Shown in pieces: positions 57,683 to 64,000 of a stretch of DNA of 64,000 nt. Position 1 is the stretch's first letter, and each line of letters opens with the position of its first letter. The DNA lies in assembly GCA_964438295.1 (NCBI GenBank), contig CAYTKR010000011.1, positions 2,782 through 66,781 of the forward strand, written 5' to 3'. The notes beneath the pieces were generated by a model. The model did no database searches, had not been told where the DNA came from, and worked only from the letters and a program-made list of their open reading frames with translations. The translations under genes and the position numbers were made by a program. The DNA is from an uncultured Anaerolineales bacterium (GTDB lineage: Bacteria > Chloroflexota > Anaerolineae > Anaerolineales > UBA11858).

Positions 57683-58624
57683 TTATTCATCTTCCTTCGT
57701 CGCCAACATATCGGAGATCCATACCGCGCCGGGCAAGGTTTCGACCATCAAAATGAACCGCGTGACCACAACCAAGGCCGAGGCCTGTTCCAAGGTCGCG
57801 CCCAACTGGACATAGAGTGTGGTCATTGTCACCTCACGCAGGCCAAAGCCGTTGATCGATATGGGCAGTAACGTAAGCACATAGATGACTGCACCAACCC
57901 CAATCACCTGGGAAATGCTCACCGAGATTTCCAAAGCGCGAGCCAAAATCCAGACTGCAGTAAACACGATCAGACGGGCGGCTAAAGAAATCGCTAATGC
58001 CCAAACGACTGCCTCTTTGCGGTGCTTCCAAACCAGGAAAGCATCCAGGATTTTTTTGATCCAGCGGCGGATGCGGCCTGATAGCTCTGCCACGGACGAG
58101 GAGATCAAACCAGCTCCCCAAGTTGTTTGCGAGGGCACGGGCGCGCCGATCAGTCCACCGACAGCTTTGAACGAGAACCAGGAAAACGGCAGCAAAGTCA
58201 TCATCACGAAAACGTTCAACAGCCGGTCTACCACTACGGAAGCCAAACTAATGGACCAGCCTGTGAAGCGGGCTGCGCTGACGATGCGCACCGTATCCCC
58301 TCCCACCGTTGAGGGTAGAAAATTGGACGCAAAATTCCCGGCTAGGACGATCTTGAGCACTTCCCCGTAAGGGATATCGATCTCCTGAGCACGCAGTAAT
58401 GCATACCAACGTAGTGCATTGCCCAGCACAGCCAGAAAATAGAGGGCAAACACCAGTGGATAGATCCAGGTGGGTATGCGACTCATCGTTATCCACAGGG
58501 TCACCCAATCCTGCCGGGTCAGCAGCCAGATGAACAACCCCGAGGAAATAATCGTACCGCCCCAGCGGAGCAAGCGCATATCGAACGAAAATTTATGAGG
58601 AGGGCTCAAATCCTGATCGTTCAC
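57683..58624 (-). CDS. Lysylphosphatidylglycerol synthase TM-domain flippase-like protein (copy 2)
   Basis: RWYALL, FASNFLPSTVGGDTVR, VDR, LPISINGFGLRE. Confidence 0.85.
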   Translation of the reverse strand: MNDQDLSPPHKFSFDMRLLRWGGTIISSGLFIWLLTRQDWVTLWITMSRIPTWIYPLVFALYFLAVLGNALRWYALLRAQEIDIPYGEVLKIVLAGNFASNFLPSTVGGDTVRIVSAARFTGWSISLASVVVDRLLNVFVMMTLLPFSWFSFKAVGGLIGAPVPSQTTWGAGLISSSVAELSGRIRRWIKKILDAFLVWKHRKEAVVWALAISLAARLIVFTAVWILARALEISVSISQVIGVGAVIYVLTLLPISINGFGLREVTMTTLYVQLGATLEQASALVVVTRFILMVETLPGAVWISDMLATKEDE

Positions 58625-60318
58625 CCTAAATATCCTAAACTACGCAAGCGATCTTCGATCTCGGACAATTCATCCGCGTCCAATTCAGGTGTGGCTGCAT
58701 TCGCAATCGTATCTTCATCTCTGGTGACAAATTGGATCGCCTGTTTGCGCGCCTCGGTAAAAGCCTGGCTGAGAGGTCGGCCATCCAGGTCTTCTGGTAC
58801 AGGCAAATCTGCCAGGGCTAGCATGGTCGGCAGGATGTCGGCGATGTTGGCATTTGTGATCGATTTCCCTCTCTCGATGTCAGGACCAGACATTACAATG
58901 ATGCCCTCTGCACGATGGCTGCCCGAATCTTCGTATTCCGATCTCCCCAGAATGCTCTCACTATCGAGGCCCATTTTCACAGAGGATTGGTACAAATAAT
59001 TTTGGATCGAAAAGATCACATCGGCTGCACTCTCGAGATACGGTCCACGAAAGACATCAGCACGTTTGTGGATATCGGTGATAAGGGGTTCGCCCGTTTC
59101 GGGGTGCCGTAAATTTTCCAGGTCTGCGATCATATCAGCCAATACACCCTCATACTCCTCACCCGGTTCGACAATGCCTCCTGGCTCACGCCCTTTCAAG
59201 TTAATATAGATCTGCCCAAACGCGCCGCGGGCATAGGCTTTAGTGCGGGACCAATCGATATCATCAAAGGACATGAAAGAATTGAGCACCTTATTCCTGG
59301 CTGGTTTGGAAACCAGATTGGCAATTTTCCCCAACCCAAGCTTGCTGACCAGGCGATACACTTTGCCAATTAAGTCGGTTTTTGCAAGCCAGAACTTCAA
59401 GCGAGTTGAAATATCTCTCTTCATCTGCAACATGCCAATCTCTTGCAACCAGCGGTTGATGTACATGATGCCATGCACCGGTCCACCACCGTGATCAGAG
59501 ATCACCATGAAGTGAGTTTCCTCCCCAAAAGCAGCTTGGAGCTCCCCGAGATGGCGGTCAACCCCCTGGTATACCTGCAAGATAGAATCTCTGAATCGCA
59601 CGTCATGCTCTGGATCATAACCAGGATAGGTCGGATCGAGATAGCGCCAAAACTTATGCTGGGCATGGTCAGGCTGCATGAAGACCAAAAGGTAGACATC
59701 GCAGGCACGATTCAGGATCAAATAATCCACCACCCGCTGTTGGTAATCCAACAAGTCCAAAACGTTCTGCAAATAGGCCTCTTCACGGCCATACTTGTAT
59801 ACTTCGGTCTCGGCATGCCAGAATGGACCAACGTTTTCGCTCAGTTCCTGAAGCAACGCTCTCGGATAGACAAACCCGCTCGATGAAGCGTCGGGGGCCG
59901 CCAATCCGGAAAGCATGAAGCCCTCAAGGGGGACTGCCGGATACAACATGGGCAAATTGAACACCCCTGTGCGGATCCCAGCCTCGTTGAAATACTCCCA
60001 AACCGGTTTGGCCTTGATCTGGCCGGTGTGCACGTATTCCACGTCATAGCTACCGGGCTTGCGCGCGAACCAGTCGAAAACACCGTGTTTGGCAGGATTC
60101 TGGCCGGTGACGATCGTGCTCCAGGCTGCCGGACTGACGGGCAAGGAAGTCGACCTGATAGGCCCATAACTGCCGGAATCCATCAGGCGCGCCAGATTAG
60201 GCAGCTTGCCTTCTTCAACCCAAGGGGACAGCAGATCCCAAGTGGCCGCGTCCCACCCAAGAACCACGAGTTTAGGCTTGGATCCTCGGGTTACCTTGGG
60301 GGCTGGTTCTACACCCAT
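58621..60318 (-). CDS. Alkaline phosphatase superfamily (type I phosphodiesterase/nucleotide pyrophosphatase) protein
   Basis: GWDAATW, SPAAWSTIVTG.NP.KHGVFD, SDHG, GSH and C-terminal RLRSLGYL. Alternative start at 60351. Confidence 0.85.
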   Translation of the reverse strand: MGVEPAPKVTRGSKPKLVVLGWDAATWDLLSPWVEEGKLPNLARLMDSGSYGPIRSTSLPVSPAAWSTIVTGQNPAKHGVFDWFARKPGSYDVEYVHTGQIKAKPVWEYFNEAGIRTGVFNLPMLYPAVPLEGFMLSGLAAPDASSSGFVYPRALLQELSENVGPFWHAETEVYKYGREEAYLQNVLDLLDYQQRVVDYLILNRACDVYLLVFMQPDHAQHKFWRYLDPTYPGYDPEHDVRFRDSILQVYQGVDRHLGELQAAFGEETHFMVISDHGGGPVHGIMYINRWLQEIGMLQMKRDISTRLKFWLAKTDLIGKVYRLVSKLGLGKIANLVSKPARNKVLNSFMSFDDIDWSRTKAYARGAFGQIYINLKGREPGGIVEPGEEYEGVLADMIADLENLRHPETGEPLITDIHKRADVFRGPYLESAADVIFSIQNYLYQSSVKMGLDSESILGRSEYEDSGSHRAEGIIVMSGPDIERGKSITNANIADILPTMLALADLPVPEDLDGRPLSQAFTEARKQAIQFVTRDEDTIANAATPELDADELSEIEDRLRSLGYLG

Positions 60319-60319
60319 G

Positions 60320-61474
60320 CTATGACTCTGCCTCCAATGCTTTCTCCGCACTAATCACCACCTGAAACTCGCGCTCATAGGTATGGACAATCTCCTGAAT
60401 ATCAAACTTGCTGGCTAGCTGGCGGCTGTTGTGGCGGAATTGTCCCAATCGCTCAGGAGATGAAATCAAATTCCTCAATTCTTCTACTCCCATGGAATCA
60501 TGGTATTCATCGAGCAGATACCCATTCTGGTCTGGTTCTACCAAATCGATAAATCCCCCCACTCGGGCGGCGACAATGGACAAACCCATGGCCAGGGCTT
60601 GCACCCCAACGACAGGCAACCCTTCCGAGAGGGACGGCATGAAGAGGATATCGCTCTTGGCAAACCAATCCACAACGTCATCAGGCGTCACCCAGCCTGT
60701 GAAGGTAAAGCGATCTTCGATGCCCTTTCGCGCGATTTCTATCTCAACTTCAGGGCGCAGAGCGCCATCCCCAACCATCACACACTCCCAGTCCAAATCA
60801 CTCAGTTTCGCCAGGGTGCGCACAATCTGGAGGGGATTCTTCTGGGAGACAAACCTGCCCGCGAAGATGATGCGCGGCGGCCGGCCAACCGTGATCTCAC
60901 CCGGATCAAGCAGCTCCAAATCGACCCCATTTGGGATCACCTGCGCCTCTACAGCATAACTCTTCAGCGCCAATTGACGGGTAAACTCGCTCACACCGCA
61001 AACCTTGGCCGCAGATCTCCAAATTGGCGGGGTAAACGGGAACACCCATCGGAACCAGCGGTCAGTTTTATCGGGCACTCCCCCAGGCACATCCCCCAAG
61101 TGCGCAGTAAGCAAATAAGGAATTTTCGTGAAGGTTGACAATACCTTGGCTAATGCACCACTGGGGACCGCGAAGTGGACGTGCATCACATCGGGTTTCC
61201 AGTTTGAAATCACGCGCATCCCAGGCACCATTCCCCAAAGGATGTACCCTAGCATATCCATGAATCCGGCTTTGAAGGGAGTCCGGCGGCCAACAGGGAT
61301 GCGCAAGATTTCCATTCCGTTCCGGTGTTCACGGCGCGGCAAACCTTTGATATGGGAGGTAAGGATGAAGATATCATGACCACGCTGGACCAGCCCTCGG
61401 CAAATATCTTCCGCAACCCTACCCCCGCCTCCGCCCACAGGGGGAAACTCATAGATCAAAACCAGAATACGCAT
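60320..61474 (-). CDS. Glycosyltransferase family 4 (paralog of 52327)
   Basis: EFPPVGGG, AGRF..QK, PSLSEGLPVV. Confidence 0.9.
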   Translation of the reverse strand: MRILVLIYEFPPVGGGGGRVAEDICRGLVQRGHDIFILTSHIKGLPRREHRNGMEILRIPVGRRTPFKAGFMDMLGYILWGMVPGMRVISNWKPDVMHVHFAVPSGALAKVLSTFTKIPYLLTAHLGDVPGGVPDKTDRWFRWVFPFTPPIWRSAAKVCGVSEFTRQLALKSYAVEAQVIPNGVDLELLDPGEITVGRPPRIIFAGRFVSQKNPLQIVRTLAKLSDLDWECVMVGDGALRPEVEIEIARKGIEDRFTFTGWVTPDDVVDWFAKSDILFMPSLSEGLPVVGVQALAMGLSIVAARVGGFIDLVEPDQNGYLLDEYHDSMGVEELRNLISSPERLGQFRHNSRQLASKFDIQEIVHTYEREFQVVISAEKALEAES

Positions 61475-61515
61475 CGAATCTACCTAGACATCTTTAATTT
61501 GCTAACGGGAAGCCC

Positions 61516-61567
61516 GAAAATAGGGTGGCACGCAAAGCGGCTCCGCAACCCTGCCGACCTTATTTTC
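61516..61567. repeat. Degenerate palindrome of the same family
   Basis: gaaaatagggtggca...gcggctccgc...tgccgaccttattttc. The end resembles those of the 16494 and 53508 copies. Confidence 0.5.
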
Positions 61568-61600
61568 TGAAGTTTTAGTGAATGTGACATTGTCGAGCTA

Positions 61601-63516
61601 CTATTCTCTAATAAAAATATGACTGGCAGAGTTACCCCGGCAAGGCACTAGTGGGGCAGTCGGTGAAACTTCATCGAAGGCCGCGCTCTCGGCAAACATG
61701 GTCGCAAAGCCGCCATACAAGCGCGCTTCGATCAGGATCACATCGGCTTCATTAGCCCATCGTTCCGCCAATTCCTCGCTCCACCAGCCATACCGTTCTA
61801 GTTCGTCTGCATCTCCGCCCAGCCGGTACGAGTAGCCGCCATTGATCTGGGGTGGGTAGATCTCCACATCCGGCAGGTAGAGCAAGGGCACGGTGGAAAG
61901 GCCGCCCCACCAATACACCTGTGATCCAGCCGGAACCTGCTCTGCGAGATGCACCCCCCCAGCCTCATACGAAGCGATCACATCCCAGCCGCAATCGCGG
62001 TCGCCAGGGGAGAATCCCATCCACAGGGACAATGCTGTTCCCAAAGCCAAGAAAAGGCTGAACGCGGCTGCAACTGGCGAATATGTCTTTCGTTTCTCCG
62101 GTGTGAAAAATTTCCCCCACCAGGTTGGCCCGAATCGCAACACGATGATGCCGATCACCAAACCCAGGAAGATGGGAACCCCTGCCCGGAGTGTCTCTGT
62201 GGCAGTTTCAAAAATATCCGCTTCAACCCAGCCAAACTTATTCGAGAGTATGCGCCACAACTCCACTTTGCCCGGTTGGATTCGAAAGCCGCTCAAACGC
62301 GGTACATCCAGGCGCAGAATGCCACCTGAGACACGCTCGATGAAACGATGGCTGGCCCAGATCCTCAGGGCGCTGTACCCAACCCCCATCGATAGCAAAA
62401 GCACCAGGGGGTAGGTAATCCATTTCCCAATCCGCTCAGCAAACTGCTCCCAGGAGCTGAAAACCAGGATCCCCAGCAAAATTCCTAGGAAACTAAAGAA
62501 AGAGAGATAAGTGGGGAAACAAAATACGCAATAGTTCTTACCCAAGGCAGCCCAAAGATGGAAAGCGAACAGCACCCCAAAGGTCACCGATAGGAAAACT
62601 GCCACCCGGAATCGCCAACTCGCACGCCATTGAGCATTCCTAGGCCAATGGATCCAAGCAAATATCGCGCCAACAATGGCAAAGAATTGAATACGCACTC
62701 CCTGAAAGAAACTCATGATGCGATCTGTCAGGCTGACATCCGGGTTCCAATTGGGTAGCGAGCCACCGGGTTTCGCCCAAATCTCGAACGACGGGATCCA
62801 CTCTAACGGCAGCCAGGCAACCCAAAGCTTCAAAATGCCTGGCCAAAATAAGGCATGTCCCAAACCAACCACCAGGATTCCCGTTAATAAGCTCCATGTA
62901 CCCACTTTTTTACCGCTTTCCCAAAAGAGATACAAGATCAAGATGGGCAGCACCGGGGTGAGATTGAGGCGTGTCAACAGCATCAGGGCAGCCAGTGCAG
63001 CGCCCAGGAGCAGCTGCCAGGTTGGACGTTGGTTCCCCAAGGTGAGTACCAAAATCCACACAAACATAAAGGCTACCAGGCCTTGAGACGCCATCACGCT
63101 ATAGGTTTTAATCAAGGGTACATTCAAGGCGATCAACCACACGGCCGCGGTGGCCCACCAGCGATTTCCTACTCTACGAGAGAGGAACCACAACCCCAGC
63201 ACAGTCAACACCCCTAAGGCAATGGCAAAATAGCGGCCGGTGCGAATGCCAGGTCCGAATATTACCTGAACGTAGCCTGGGATTAAAAATGAAAAAGGCA
63301 TATGGTTGCTCCAGGGGCCATAATCCTGAAACGGCGTATATTTCCCCGTGGCAAACAAAAAACCTTTCAACAAATAAGCGCCCTCATCCAGGATCGAGGA
63401 CTGTGTGTGCGCGTAGATCCAAGATTGGATCGTGTACACCAGGCCGCCTGCGATCGCCAGCCCCTCTGCGAGCCAGGGAGTCGCCCAAAAGCGTGCAAAG
63501 CGCGACTGTGTGTTCA

Positions 63517-63517
<1 letters not shown>
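61601..63517 (-). CDS. ArnT/PMT-like GT-C membrane glycosyltransferase
   Basis: SILDEGAYL acidic motif after TM1, HMPF, GR, many TMs. ATG 63517 overlaps the gmd stop. Confidence 0.7.

Positions 63518-64000
<483 letters not shown>

Noticed and set aside
16494-61567. CRISPR array or IS/MITE interpretation of the palindromes
   Set aside because: No regularly spaced identical repeats, no cas or transposase genes, and no clear target-site duplications.

Overview
The whole 64 kb is one large surface-glycan biosynthesis region of about 55 CDS, mostly on the minus strand. Gene style and repeat types suggest a Chloroflexota/Anaerolineae-like genome, which is an inference only. It carries two nonulosonic-acid modules: PseB + RmlD-like SDR + PseI/NeuB + SpsF with DUF4910 and AAC(3)-family genes, and NeuB-NeuC-NeuA. 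An inverted + strand sugar-tailoring operon encodes SpsF, Gfo/Idh/MocA, a GT-B protein, DegT, GNAT, an N-acetyl-sugar amidotransferase and an amidase. Also present are two Wzm/Wzt ABC exporters, GDP-fucose genes (two gmd, one fcl), many GT2/GT4 enzymes, about six polytopic GT-C-like proteins, a polyprenol-P glycosyltransferase with two LPG-synthase-TM flippase-like proteins, AsnB, an AlkP-family protein and a MarR-type regulator. Non-coding signals include a family of long intergenic palindromes centred on GC-GNA-GC mini-hairpins, short degenerate tandem repeats that also occur inside CDSs, a dense DnaA-box cluster inside a CDS, and a symmetric divergent promoter pair. No rRNA, tRNA, CRISPR array or transposase was seen.
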